The notes under the pieces: generated by a model | The model's input: the letters and a program-made list of their open reading frames with translations, nothing else | Databases searched by the model: none | What the model was told of the DNA's origin: nothing | Made by a program: the position numbers and the translations under genes | NCBI GenBank assembly: GCA_965205485.1 | Contig: OZ242180.1 | Coordinates: 1,920,001-1,984,000 of the forward strand | Reading direction: 5' to 3' | Length of the DNA stretch: 64,000 nt | Source of the DNA: Candidatus Latescibacterota bacterium | GTDB lineage: Bacteria > Latescibacterota > UBA2968 > GCA-2709665 | Part shown: positions 50,570-61,021 of the stretch, one piece after another | How positions within the stretch are numbered: the first letter of the stretch is position 1 | Layout of the letters: each line of letters starts with the position of its first letter

Positions 50570-50745
50570 AAAAGCTGTCAGCCATCAGCAGTCAGCTAGA
50601 ATCAAAAACAAAAGGCAGGATCAAAACCCACCACTTTTCCCAGCCCCGCAGAACCTGGTAAAACCCACAGGTCACTGCACCGGACACGAGAGTCCGGCAA
50701 CTGAAGGCAATCTCCCCACGTTTACCGCGTGAACCACCAATATCC

Positions 50746-50884
50746 GGAGCGAGGGCATCCCTGCCCTCGAACCTCGAGGAACCGACCAATCCCACATCAA
50801 TGCCGAATTGCTTCTCTTCCGTCTGAAAACAATTGAAATGGTGGCGCAGAGGCCTATCCTATTCGCCGTGATGCCCTCGCTCCC
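50746..50884. repeat. REPIN-like element (right arm truncated)
   Basis: GGAGCGAGGGCATCCCTGCCCTCG ... GATGCCCTCGCTCCC. Confidence 0.8.
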
Positions 50885-51101
50885 GGGAAAGGCATTCCTG
50901 GCTACTTCGCCATTGCGATCCGTTCAGCGTCGATCGCGACTTCGAAATGACCTCCCGCGGGTGCGCGACATTCGTTCCTCCGGTCACTTTGCGCGCCTGC
51001 CTGATAGCCGGCTACGGCAGATGGGTTGCCAGAGTATCATTGGCTGCCGGTCTCGCGCAGCTGCGGTTTTGCAGCGCCCCTTTTCTATAGGTTGTAACCC
51101 G

Positions 51102-52667
51102 TCATTTGTAAACTTTCATCTGCCCGGATTTCAACCGGTCCCAGTATTCATTCAGCGTAGCCTTGATGTGCGGGCTGAGGATCACGCCGCCGATGATGTT
51201 CGGGAAGGCCATTCCGAGGATCATCATGTCGGTGAAGTTGAGTACGTTGGTCAGGGCGGTTACGGCGCCCAGGAAGACAAATACAACGAAGATGACGCGG
51301 AACACGAGGATGGTGTCCGTCCCGAAGAGATACTCCCATGCCCGCTCACCGTAATAGGACCACGAGATCATGGTGGAATAGGCGAACAGGACGACGGCGA
51401 TGGCGAGGACGTGCCTGGCGCCCGGGATGAAGGTTTCGAATGCAGCGGCCGTCATCGCGGCGCCGACCGGCTGCCCCTGCTGGGCCTGCCCAAGGAACTG
51501 GGGGTCTGCGTACACGCCCGTGATCAGGCAGACGAGACCAGTCATCAGACAGATGATGATCGTGTCGATGAACGGCCCGATCATCGCGACCATGCCCTCC
51601 CGGGCGGGTTCGTCGGTTCTGGCCGCAGCGTGTGCGAATGCCGCGGATCCGAGGCCTGCTTCATTGGAAAAAGCGGCGCGTCGGATGCCGGTTACCAGCA
51701 CGCCGACGAAACCACCGTAGAGCGCCTGGGGCGAAAAGGCCTGGCCGAAGATGGTGGCCAGCATTTCAGGAATGCGGGTGAAGTTGGTAAGGATGATCAG
51801 AAGGCAGGTGGCGACGTACAGGAGACACATCGTTGGCACGACGCGGGAGGTGACGCGCCCGATTCGCCGGATCCCGCCGATGATTACGACGGCGACCATC
51901 GCGGCGAGAACGATACCGACCAGCCAGTTGTATTCCTTGAAGACCGGGGAAACGGTGCCCAGTATTTCCAGCGTCTGATTGGCCTGGAACATATTGCCGC
52001 CGCCCAGGCTGCCCCCCACGGTCAGAAAGGCGAACATGACCGCAAGGGTGCGTCCGAACTCCCCCATGCCCTTTAGTTTGAGACCGTTCTCAAGGTAATA
52101 CATGGGGCCGCCCGAGACGCGGCCGTCGGGGTGTATCTTCCTGTACATGACCGCCAGGGTGCAGGAGGCAAGCTTGGATGACATGCCGAAGACCGCGGTG
52201 ACGAGCATCCAGAAAATCGCGCCCGGTCCGCCGAGACTTACGGCGATGGCGACTCCGGCGATGTTTCCAAGCCCGACCGTTGCCGAGAGCGCGCTGGTGA
52301 GGGCCTGGAAATGCGAGATTTCCCCGGGATCGTCCGGATTGTCGTAGCGGCCGCGGATGACGTCGATGGAATGGCGGAACCCCTTCAGGGAAATCCATCC
52401 GAAGAAAAACGAATAATAGATGCCGCCCAATAGAAGCACGACGACGATAAGTGGAATCCCGGTGCCGAACGATGCGAAGAGGACCGCTGCCAGAAGTTCG
52501 ACCGTGTTTCCGAAGAGCCTGTCCAGGTCGGTAAGGTTGGACTGTATCCAGCTATTTGCCGAATCACCCGTAGCGGTTTCCTCCGCGCAGGCCATGACGG
52601 GAAAGACGAGCGCCAGGAGCAGGATTGAACCGAGCGTTACAACGGAACGACGATTGACTCTATGCAT
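51102..52667 (-). CDS. Alanine/glycine:cation symporter (AGCS family)
   Basis: ISHFQALTSALSATVGLGNIAGVA, GGPMYY, FSNEAGLGSA, FAYSTMISWSYYG. Confidence 0.95.
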   Translation of the reverse strand: MHRVNRRSVVTLGSILLLALVFPVMACAEETATGDSANSWIQSNLTDLDRLFGNTVELLAAVLFASFGTGIPLIVVVLLLGGIYYSFFFGWISLKGFRHSIDVIRGRYDNPDDPGEISHFQALTSALSATVGLGNIAGVAIAVSLGGPGAIFWMLVTAVFGMSSKLASCTLAVMYRKIHPDGRVSGGPMYYLENGLKLKGMGEFGRTLAVMFAFLTVGGSLGGGNMFQANQTLEILGTVSPVFKEYNWLVGIVLAAMVAVVIIGGIRRIGRVTSRVVPTMCLLYVATCLLIILTNFTRIPEMLATIFGQAFSPQALYGGFVGVLVTGIRRAAFSNEAGLGSAAFAHAAARTDEPAREGMVAMIGPFIDTIIICLMTGLVCLITGVYADPQFLGQAQQGQPVGAAMTAAAFETFIPGARHVLAIAVVLFAYSTMISWSYYGERAWEYLFGTDTILVFRVIFVVFVFLGAVTALTNVLNFTDMMILGMAFPNIIGGVILSPHIKATLNEYWDRLKSGQMKVYK

Positions 52668-52815
52668 AGAGACCTTCCTTGCCGTCGGGTTGTGGGATAC
52701 GCAGGTGGTGAACACGGGTTACGTGCGTGAATATGCGGAATACCGCGGGCACAGGCAACAGCAATCCCGCGCGCCCGGACCGCTCGAACGACAGGCGCCT
52801 TTCAGGCCGATCGGC

Positions 52816-53706
52816 TCATTCGCGCCGCCGTTGGACCTCTTCCTGCTTGTCTCCATGCGCGCTTTCGCCGGTGATCCAGCGCAGCCGTTCCTCGTGCGAA
52901 CTCCCGGCGAGCAGGAGATTCTCCTTTGTGACGGACAGACACCTTGAGATTTCCCGGTACCCGCGGATGAAGGTCTCGGCGTAACCGGTGCCGGCCTTCC
53001 ACCCCTGAAATCCCGCGCTTGACTCGATCCGCTTTATTGCGAATTCCGCCGTATGCCCCTGGGATTCGAATAGTTCCTCCGCCTTGATCCGGTTCTGAAC
53101 CTGATCGGAGATATCGATACAGACGTCGACCTCGTGGAACCCGTAGTCGATGCCCGTATAGTAGATGGCGGCCACTCTGTGAGGCGCGCGGCCCAGTTTC
53201 GTGTCCGGGATGGACACGTGGTTGAGCGCCTTTTGAACCGCGATGCCGGCTGCGGTATGGTCGTTCACCCACGCGTAGTGAAAGCGGCGATCGGGAAGGG
53301 TGTAGGGCGCATGGGTCAGGATCATCTGAGGGCGGACGACGTACAGAATATCGGCCAGCGCCGACACCACGTCTTCAGTGGCCTCGAGGGGATGATCGGA
53401 AAACGGCAGCACGGTTACGTCGGTGATGCCGAATACAGCGCACGCCCTGGCGAATTCTTCTGTCTTGCGTCTTGCGTATTCTTCCTGCGATCCGTGAATC
53501 ACGTTCCTGTCCCGCTGGTCGGACGGCTTGCGCAGTTCGTCCGCCAGTTTTTCGTTATGGGTGCGCTGTCCTCCGGTTATCGCCACCACGGAGACGCTGT
53601 CGCCACGATCGACGTGGTGGGCGCACGTGCCCCCCATGTGACACACATCGTGCGGATGGGCCACCACGACCAGGATCTTGAGGCTCTCATCTCCAGCAGG
53701 CAGCAT
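52816..53706 (-). CDS. PIG-L family deacetylase-like protein
   Basis: LVVVAHPHD (AHPDD variant), RPQMILTH, NDH, IDISDQ; start at MLPAGDE. Confidence 0.82.
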   Translation of the reverse strand: MLPAGDESLKILVVVAHPHDVCHMGGTCAHHVDRGDSVSVVAITGGQRTHNEKLADELRKPSDQRDRNVIHGSQEEYARRKTEEFARACAVFGITDVTVLPFSDHPLEATEDVVSALADILYVVRPQMILTHAPYTLPDRRFHYAWVNDHTAAGIAVQKALNHVSIPDTKLGRAPHRVAAIYYTGIDYGFHEVDVCIDISDQVQNRIKAEELFESQGHTAEFAIKRIESSAGFQGWKAGTGYAETFIRGYREISRCLSVTKENLLLAGSSHEERLRWITGESAHGDKQEEVQRRRE

Positions 53707-53729
53707 GATGGGTTTCTTCCCTTCGGGAT

Positions 53730-55406
53730 TCAGGCCGGCGGCGACCACGCCGGCGGCGCAATGCCCTCGATGTGGGTCTTGACGTCGATCACGGCCGGTT
53801 TTCCAGATGTAATCGCCTCGTCGAGGGCGCTTCCGAACGCTTCCGCCCTTCGTACCGTGATGCCCACGCAGTCCATCGATTCCGCCATTTTCGCAAAGTC
53901 GCCGTCCGTCATATGCCAGAGCTCGTCGGACCCCGGTTCCGGGCCTCCGTAGATATCTTCGTTGAGTTCCTTCTCCTGGTTGAGAGAATGGTTGTTGTTG
54001 ACCACAACGACAACGGGAATGTCGTTTCGAACGGCGGTGTCCAGTTCCGTGACGTGATACCAGATGCCGCCGTCGCCGGTGAAGCACACGACCGGCCGGT
54101 CCGGAGCGGCGCACCGGGCGCCGACGGCCGCGGGAATGCCCCAGCCGAGGGATCCGGAACATCGGATATAGGACTGACCCGGATGGATGAGATCGATCAG
54201 GGTTCCGGTCCAGATTCCGGAGTGGCCGGTATCGGAAACGAGGATGGCGTCGGCGGGCAGATGCCGGGTCAGTTCCCTGCACAGGCGCTCGGGTCGAATG
54301 GGAACCTCGTCCGAATTGACGAACGGGGCCACGCTCTCCCGCCATTGGGAGGTGAGTTGCCGGACGCGCGACGACCATTCGCCTCGCGCGACGGAGGCCG
54401 GCGCGGCATCGATCAACCTGGAAAGTCCGGCTTTTGCGTCGGCTTGAATACCGAGCCGGATCGGATAGGAGCGTCCGATCTCGGACGGGTTGATATCGAG
54501 TTGAATGACATGGGTCCCGGCCGGGGGAACGCTCCAGTCGTTCGTGACCTGACCGCCGGTATGGCTTCCGACAAAGAAGACCAGGTCCGCCTCGCAGACG
54601 GCGCGGTTTGCGCACTCCCGGGAATACAATCCGCAGACGCCCACGGCGAGGGGATGGTCGAAAGGGAAGGCTTCCTTGGCGTTCAACGACGTGGCCACGG
54701 GTATGGAGAGCCTTTCCGCGAACCCTCGCAACGCTGCGCTGGCCCCGGAGGAGACGATCCCGCCGCCGGCGACGACAATCGGGCGTTCAGCGGCGGCCAG
54801 CAGATCGATCGCCTTGCGGACGGCCTCCGGGTCGGGCTCGGGCCGGAAGGGAGGCAGTTGGGCGAAGGGTTCTTCGGCCACCACGTCCAGATCGGCTTCG
54901 GCGTTCGCCACCACGTCTCCGATGAAACCCGCCATGTCGAGATGAACGGGCCCGGGCGTTCCCGTGGTTGCTTCACGGAAGGCCTGCCTCAGGAAATAGG
55001 GGAGTTGCTCGGGCCGGTCCACCAGAACGTTGTACTTGGTGACGGCGTCGAAAGGCGCTACGTGGTCCACTTCCTGATAGGCGTGCCGGTGCCGGTTGAT
55101 CTGGGTCTGACGGCCAGTGATGGCAATTACGGGAGAACACGCGAGATACGCGTCCTGGAGCCCGGCGGCGAGGTTTGCGGCCCCCACGGATTGCGCCATG
55201 CAGATGCCGGCGCCCCGGCGGACCCGGGCATAGGCGTCGGCCATATAGGCCGCGCTCTTCTCACCGTGGGTCATGATGCGCCGGATACCCAGCCGTTCCA
55301 TTTCCATCAGGGCACGAGGCGCGATCACGGGCATGAAGAACACGTGGGTGATCCCGTATCCGTGGACCGTCTCGGCGATGAACCGGCCGCCGGTCAGGCG
55401 GGGCAT
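53730..55406 (-). CDS. Thiamine pyrophosphate-dependent enzyme (acetolactate synthase-like)
   Basis: HGEKSAAYMADAYAR, PGPVHLD, GSLGWGIPAAVGA, GDGG...NN TPP motif. Confidence 0.92.
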   Translation of the reverse strand: MPRLTGGRFIAETVHGYGITHVFFMPVIAPRALMEMERLGIRRIMTHGEKSAAYMADAYARVRRGAGICMAQSVGAANLAAGLQDAYLACSPVIAITGRQTQINRHRHAYQEVDHVAPFDAVTKYNVLVDRPEQLPYFLRQAFREATTGTPGPVHLDMAGFIGDVVANAEADLDVVAEEPFAQLPPFRPEPDPEAVRKAIDLLAAAERPIVVAGGGIVSSGASAALRGFAERLSIPVATSLNAKEAFPFDHPLAVGVCGLYSRECANRAVCEADLVFFVGSHTGGQVTNDWSVPPAGTHVIQLDINPSEIGRSYPIRLGIQADAKAGLSRLIDAAPASVARGEWSSRVRQLTSQWRESVAPFVNSDEVPIRPERLCRELTRHLPADAILVSDTGHSGIWTGTLIDLIHPGQSYIRCSGSLGWGIPAAVGARCAAPDRPVVCFTGDGGIWYHVTELDTAVRNDIPVVVVVNNNHSLNQEKELNEDIYGGPEPGSDELWHMTDGDFAKMAESMDCVGITVRRAEAFGSALDEAITSGKPAVIDVKTHIEGIAPPAWSPPA

Positions 55407-55500
55407 AAATCCTCTCCTCTGCGATGAGGCGACGGGCGCCGCATCACTTTCAGCGGTTAGAACACTGGACACGATCGCCTTGCAACCGAAGGCAATCTGC

Positions 55501-55686
55501 CCGCTATCACGACATGATCCACTCGCTCCCGGGGAACGCCATCCACACCGGTCCCAAATCGGTTTCTGTCCTGCACAGCCATGGCCAAAAGAACATGACC
55601 TGCATTGGCACTACGAAACGACTATAAAAAAAGAAGGTACTTACGCATCCGGGATCGTCTTTACCAAACGACCTTCGACAGCAGTG
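55501..55686 (+). repeat. Intergenic repeat, short form (homologous to 63298-63632)
   Basis: Shared CCGCTATCACGACATGATCCAC, CCTGCATTGGCACTACGA, AGGTACTTACGCATCC, GACAGCAGTG. Confidence 0.88.
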
Positions 55687-55960
55687 TAACGGTATTTTTG
55701 GATTCAGGTTGGCTGGCCGAGGTCGAAGGGCCCACGCGAACGGAAATCTAAACCGTACCGATTGATTTTGAAAGTAAAAACGGCACGGGCAGGGCACATT
55801 GGGACGGGCGATTGCTTCTCCCCTGCTTCGGCTCTTTCCCGTTCCCCCGGGCTACCCGTTTCTTTTCCGGGCGCTGAACCGGGCATTTCCGCTTGACTTT
55901 TCAACCTGCGTGGGAGATTATGAAAGCTGCTGTTCTTGGCAGATAATCCAGGAGGACGGT

Positions 55961-56953
55961 TTGGATTTTTCTCTGTATTTGCCCATCGCGGGCACGAGCG
56001 TCAACCTGTGGTTGTTGCTCACGCTGGGCGCTGGCGTCGGGCTGCTTTCGGGTCTGTTCGGGGTGGGCGGCGGGTTTCTGCTGACGCCTCTCCTGATCAT
56101 GATCGGGATACCTCCCACCATCGCGGCGGCATCAGATGCCAATCAGATCGTGGCGGCTTCGGCATCCGGGGTCTATGCCCACTGGAGGTTGAAAAACGTC
56201 GATCTTCGGATGGCCCTGTTGTTGATTGTCGGAGGGTTCGCCGGCGGCACTGCCGGCGTGCAGATCATCAAGGTGTTGCGGGCGGTCGGCAGCGCGGATC
56301 TCGCGATACAAATCGGCTACGTCTTCATGCTGGCGACCGTGGGCGGCATCATGTTCGTGGACGGGCTTCTGGGGCGGCGCGCGGGTACAGTCGTGAGGGC
56401 GGCGGACCGTGCCAGGCGGGAATTGCGGATAACCTGGGCGGAGCGCCCGCTGGCCTGGGTGAACAAAATAGGTGGTATGGCGTCATGGTTCGTCCGGCTC
56501 AACCGTGCGCTGCCGTGGAGAATCCGGTTCGAGACGGCCGGAACCACCATGTCCGTGCTCGTTCCATTGGGGCTGGGAATCCTGGTGGGCATGCTCGCCG
56601 CGATTTTGGGCGTGGGCGGCGGCTTCATCATGGTGCCGACCATGTTGTACCTGCTGAAGATGCCCATGCCCGTGGTGGTGGGAACCAGCCTGCTGCAGGT
56701 GATGTTTACGTGTATCAACGTCACCCTGATGCACGCCTATACCAATCATACGGTGGATTTCGTGCTGGCATTGATGCTGCTTGCAGGGTCAACGCTGGGG
56801 ACCCAGGCGGGCGTCCGGATCGGCAGGCGCCTGGGGGCGGAGCAGTTCAAGATGCTTCTCGCCGCGATTGTGCTCCTGGTGATGGGAAAGATGCTGTCGG
56901 ATCTTCTGTCGGCGCCTGCTATCCTGCTTGCCGATTGGGGAGGGAGGGCATGA
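55961..56953 (+). CDS. Sulfite exporter TauE/SafE family protein
   Basis: LSGLFGVGGGFLLTP and GVGGGFIMVP repeats; AGGAGG RBS before TTG. Confidence 0.92.
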   Translation: MDFSLYLPIAGTSVNLWLLLTLGAGVGLLSGLFGVGGGFLLTPLLIMIGIPPTIAAASDANQIVAASASGVYAHWRLKNVDLRMALLLIVGGFAGGTAGVQIIKVLRAVGSADLAIQIGYVFMLATVGGIMFVDGLLGRRAGTVVRAADRARRELRITWAERPLAWVNKIGGMASWFVRLNRALPWRIRFETAGTTMSVLVPLGLGILVGMLAAILGVGGGFIMVPTMLYLLKMPMPVVVGTSLLQVMFTCINVTLMHAYTNHTVDFVLALMLLAGSTLGTQAGVRIGRRLGAEQFKMLLAAIVLLVMGKMLSDLLSAPAILLADWGGRA

Positions 56954-57690
56954 TCTGCCGGGTCTGGGCAAGTGTGTTGACGATGCTAATCGCCGTGCCG
57001 TGCGCGGCGGAACCGTCGCTCCAACTGTCTCCCTCGCGGGTCGAGGTCGACCTCTTTTTCAGGGGCGCGGGACTGGTCGCGAACGGGACGGTTCGGAGGG
57101 ACTGCCAGGTCGTTTTGAAACTGGAAGGGGAACGGAGCGCCGCCGCGTATCGCAGAAAGGACAAACGCGGCCCCGTGTGGGTGAGTATGGGCAGCGTCGT
57201 GTTCGACGCGCTGCCGGGGCTCTATATGGTCGCCGCCTCAAGCGATTCTGCGGACCTCGAACGGCAGCTGGAAATCGTCGGGGAGGGGTTCGGCGCGCTT
57301 CGACGAAGCGTCACCATCGAGCAGTCGCCTCCGGGCGATGACGGGTTCGTATTCGACGAGTTTCTGCGTCTGAAGATTCAACGGGGATTCTACGCGGTCC
57401 GGCCGGGTTCGGTAGCCTTGTCCGACCGGGACGGCGCATTCACCGGTTTTCGTGTGGAATTCCGGGTTCCGCCCGCTGTTCGGCCCGGAACCTATCGCGC
57501 CACGCTGTACTGTTTCAACGAACACACGCTGATCTCGGAAACCACACAGTCGATTTCTGTCGAAAAAACCGGGCTTGTACGGGTGCTCTCCAACGTCGCC
57601 TTTCAACACGGGGGTCTTTACGGCATCGTCTCGGTTCTCGTGGCGCTGGCTGCGGGGTTGGTCGTGGGTATGATATTCCGTAAATTGTAA
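56950..57690 (+). CDS. TIGR02186-like transmembrane protein
   Basis: Overlaps the TauE-like stop, signal peptide, RRKDKRGPVW, C-terminal LYGIVSVLVALAAG helix. Confidence 0.8.
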   Translation: MICRVWASVLTMLIAVPCAAEPSLQLSPSRVEVDLFFRGAGLVANGTVRRDCQVVLKLEGERSAAAYRRKDKRGPVWVSMGSVVFDALPGLYMVAASSDSADLERQLEIVGEGFGALRRSVTIEQSPPGDDGFVFDEFLRLKIQRGFYAVRPGSVALSDRDGAFTGFRVEFRVPPAVRPGTYRATLYCFNEHTLISETTQSISVEKTGLVRVLSNVAFQHGGLYGIVSVLVALAAGLVVGMIFRKL

Positions 57691-57839
57691 CGGGCGTATC
57701 ACGATGGATTATCGGGCGGGGACATACGGGGTTCATTCAGACTGGACAGGCGGCGCGACGGGGACGTCCGGAGTCGAAACGGCTCCTCTCCGGCTGAGTC
57801 CGGAGTCCTGGACCCGCCGCCTGTGAAAGGAGTTGCGGC

Positions 57840-58613
57840 ATGACTAATGTTCGGACGACGCTGGCGGTTTGTCTTTCGTTGGGCATATTCGCGATTGACG
57901 GGCGGGCAGGCGCGGACAAGATGTCAACCGGGGATGTGAAGACCGATGGTTTGATGGTCGCCATTCAGGAAAAGCTGAAGTCAGTCAAAACGTGTGAATT
58001 CCGCGTCAGGACCCTGTTGACGGTAGAAGGCGAGCAATATGAAATCCTGGACGACATCACCGCTCAGACACCGGCAAGGATGCACGTGGCCCGTGTGCTT
58101 GCCGGCCGGATCCGTCAGACGATTGTGTCTGACGGCAGCCTGATGTGGCGTTACGATCCCGAAGAGAAGATCGTCTACCGGATCAACATGGCAAGAGTCT
58201 ACCGGGCGACGCAGGTGGAAGCGGATGCGGACCAGCCGAATCCCATGCGTCCTTTCCGAGCGCTCGAGTGGAAGTCAATCCGTTATTCAGAAACGGACAC
58301 GTTGAAGGGCGAGATCCTTCGGGTGTTCGAAGCGACGCCGGAGGTGACGCTGTTGAATGCCGAGCTCCCGGAGCCGCCTTCCAGGGTCCGTTTCTCGGTC
58401 CACCCTGAAGATGGACTGGTGAGGGAGGTGCGGTATTTTAACGCCGGGGGCGGGGAGCTGCTGTCAAGGCGATTTGAAACCTTGAAAACAAACGTAAAGG
58501 TGGACGAAGAACGGTTCGAATTCGTCGTGCCGGCGGGGGTTCATGTGATGGACGTGACGGACGACATCATCGACCTGATCAAGACGACGAAGCCGGGGCG
58601 GCCTAAAGAATAG
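57840..58613 (+). CDS. LolA-like periplasmic carrier protein
   Basis: Signal peptide, IVSDGSLMWRYDP, NVKVDEERFEFVVPAG. Confidence 0.75.
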   Translation: MTNVRTTLAVCLSLGIFAIDGRAGADKMSTGDVKTDGLMVAIQEKLKSVKTCEFRVRTLLTVEGEQYEILDDITAQTPARMHVARVLAGRIRQTIVSDGSLMWRYDPEEKIVYRINMARVYRATQVEADADQPNPMRPFRALEWKSIRYSETDTLKGEILRVFEATPEVTLLNAELPEPPSRVRFSVHPEDGLVREVRYFNAGGGELLSRRFETLKTNVKVDEERFEFVVPAGVHVMDVTDDIIDLIKTTKPGRPKE

Positions 58614-58683
58614 AACGTCGAAATCCGGGAGATCTCAAGAAGCCGTCAGCGACCCATCACCGTTCCCCTCCCTAAATACGTTT

Positions 58684-60003
58684 CTAAAGGGCCATTCCGA
58701 AGGACGTGGCCAGCAGAGTGGCCAGACCCAGAAAACTGACGAACCCGATGACGTCCGTTACGGTAGTCAGGAAAATTGACGCCGACTGGGCCGGGTCCTT
58801 CCCCAGGGCCGTGAGAACAATGGGAATGATCGCCCCCGTGAGACTGGCCATGGACATTGAAAACACCATCGATACGGCCAGCACTAGGGGAAGCCCGATC
58901 GTACCGGACCAAAGGTATGCGGCCAGCGATGCGACCAGAGCAATGGCCAACCCGTTGACAAACCCGGCCAGCAGTTCTTTCCGGGCAACGCGAAACCAGC
59001 GTCGCGGCCTGAACTCCCGCAACGCCAGGCCGCGAGACGTCACCGCCAGGGCCTGGGCGCCGGTATTGCCCGCCTGCCCGGCGACCACGGGCAGAAAGAC
59101 CGCGAGGGCAGTAAATCTGGCGATGGTATCCTCGAAAAGGGCCACGGCAGCTGCCGCGAGAAAGGCCGTCCCCAGATTGACCTGCAGCCACGGCAGCCGC
59201 TTGCGTACTGCAAGCACCGGGCCGGAAAGGGCGCGTTCGTCTTTGCCGGCGCCAACCATGGTCACCAGATTATCGCTAGCTTCGTGTCTGGCGGCATCCA
59301 CCAGCGCATCGTGGCGGATGATTCCGCAGAGCCGGCCGTCAACCCCGCCGACAACCGGCAGCGAAGCCAGTTTGTGAGCCTCGAGCAGTTCCACCACTTC
59401 CTCCCTCGATGACATGGCCTGCACGTACACGGGAGGGCCCTGCGCCAATTGCCCAAGGCGGTCGCCCGGCTGGGCGACCGCGACCTCCTGAAGCGTAAGT
59501 ACCGCGCTCAGCGCCCCGTCGTCGTCCACCACGCACAGATCGTGAATGCGCCGTTCCGGAAACGACCGGATGCGGGTGAGCGCCTCCTCCGCGGTTTCGT
59601 CGACATTGAAAACCGACACCGAGCTATCCATGATCTGACCTGCAGACCCGGACGGATAGCTCATCAGTTCCCGCATTTCACCGGCCAGTCTCTCTGGCAG
59701 AGCGGCCAGGCGCTCGGTTCGGTCTTCCGGCGACAGCCGGGCCAGGAGTGAAGCGGCCACCCCTTCGTCCATCGCCGCCCATAGACGCCGGAACAATGTC
59801 TCGTCCATGGCTTCCAGGAGAACGACGGCCCGATCCGGGTCCAGGCGTTCAAAGACCTGCGCGGCCCTGTCTCCAACCTGGGTTTCAATCAGTTCGAGAG
59901 CCTCGGGGACGGGTGTTGAGGCCAGCGCGCGCGCGGCCTCACCCGGATGGAGACGAAAATAGGCCCTGATCAGGGCCTGCTGGGCACTCGCGTCTTCAGT
60001 CAT
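58684..60003 (-). CDS. mgtE: Magnesium transporter MgtE
   Basis: N domain, CBS pair, KRLPWLQVNL, GNTGAQ, DPAQSASIFLTTVTD. Confidence 0.92.
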   Translation of the reverse strand: MTEDASAQQALIRAYFRLHPGEAARALASTPVPEALELIETQVGDRAAQVFERLDPDRAVVLLEAMDETLFRRLWAAMDEGVAASLLARLSPEDRTERLAALPERLAGEMRELMSYPSGSAGQIMDSSVSVFNVDETAEEALTRIRSFPERRIHDLCVVDDDGALSAVLTLQEVAVAQPGDRLGQLAQGPPVYVQAMSSREEVVELLEAHKLASLPVVGGVDGRLCGIIRHDALVDAARHEASDNLVTMVGAGKDERALSGPVLAVRKRLPWLQVNLGTAFLAAAAVALFEDTIARFTALAVFLPVVAGQAGNTGAQALAVTSRGLALREFRPRRWFRVARKELLAGFVNGLAIALVASLAAYLWSGTIGLPLVLAVSMVFSMSMASLTGAIIPIVLTALGKDPAQSASIFLTTVTDVIGFVSFLGLATLLATSFGMAL

Positions 60004-60165
60004 ATCTGACTCCTTGTACGATGAGTCCTTCCCTTCCTTCGAATTAAGGGAGCCTGGGGACGAGGTCGTTACCTTTGATAAGTCGATTCGCATCTTTCCG
60101 GAAAGGCTTGTGAATAGCTGCCAGTGAAATGACTCCTGCAGATAACGGAAAACCTGCTCTGCGAA

Positions 60166-61017
60166 TTATTCCGGCCAGGGTCGGGATCGATCGCCCGTGG
60201 GGGGCTGGATGTTTTCCGCTCCGAGGGCGCTCCTGGCCAGGGCCGACAGACCGATGCGATAGAGTTCTCCCAGTGCGGCGCCCGCCTCGCCCGCGTGCAA
60301 GAGTCTGTCCGTATGTCCGGTCAGTTGGCAGAGGGTCTTGTGGCGCAACGCACCGACGAACAGGCTTTGTTCGTCGAGTACGGGCAGCGTGTGAAAATCC
60401 GTCCAGGAAGGATGGACGAGCACCGAATCCACCGAATCGTCCGTTCGCAGGAACATCACGTCGCGGCCCATAAATGAGGCGACGATTATCGCTTCATCGG
60501 CAGCAAGGAGTTCCCCGAGGCTGAAAACCCCGGCCATTGTCCGGTCGCGATCCACAACATATACGTAACCCAACACCCGGGCCTGACTGGTTCGCAATCT
60601 GGCCAGCGCCTCGCCGGCGGAGATTTCAGGCGGCACGGTGAATACCTGAGATTCCATCAGTGCGCCGGCGGTCTCCTCCCGGTAACGAAGTAGTGGATTC
60701 AGATTCCTGGTGAGATCTTCGGGCAACACTTTTAAGATCGCCTTTCTCGACTTCGGCTCCAGCCGGCGAACGAGGTGCGCCGCCCGGTCCGCCGCCAACC
60801 CGCCCAACGCGTCGGCTGCCACCTCGGCGGGAATACGCTCGAGACAGGCCGCGGCGGTACTCGATTCCATCGTGTTGAGTAAAGGGGTGGCAAGTTCGGT
60901 CGGGACCTGGGAGAAGAAGGGAACAAGGTCATCCAGCGAGCAGTTCTCCAGTTCGCGTGCGGCTTCCGCGGCGTGTACGCGGATAAATTGATGTATTACA
61001 TTCGATGCCCCGTTCAT
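60166..61017 (-). CDS. MgtE N-terminal/CBS domain protein lacking the membrane domain
   Basis: LLRYREETAGALM, YVYVVD, LPVLD; no TM region. Confidence 0.82.
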   Translation of the reverse strand: MNGASNVIHQFIRVHAAEAARELENCSLDDLVPFFSQVPTELATPLLNTMESSTAAACLERIPAEVAADALGGLAADRAAHLVRRLEPKSRKAILKVLPEDLTRNLNPLLRYREETAGALMESQVFTVPPEISAGEALARLRTSQARVLGYVYVVDRDRTMAGVFSLGELLAADEAIIVASFMGRDVMFLRTDDSVDSVLVHPSWTDFHTLPVLDEQSLFVGALRHKTLCQLTGHTDRLLHAGEAGAALGELYRIGLSALARSALGAENIQPPTGDRSRPWPE

Positions 61018-61021
61018 CGTA

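Noticed and set aside
50900..51040. Minus-strand peptide VAHPREV resembling a RadC motif
   Set aside because: Too short, no HNHPSG motif and no supporting ORF
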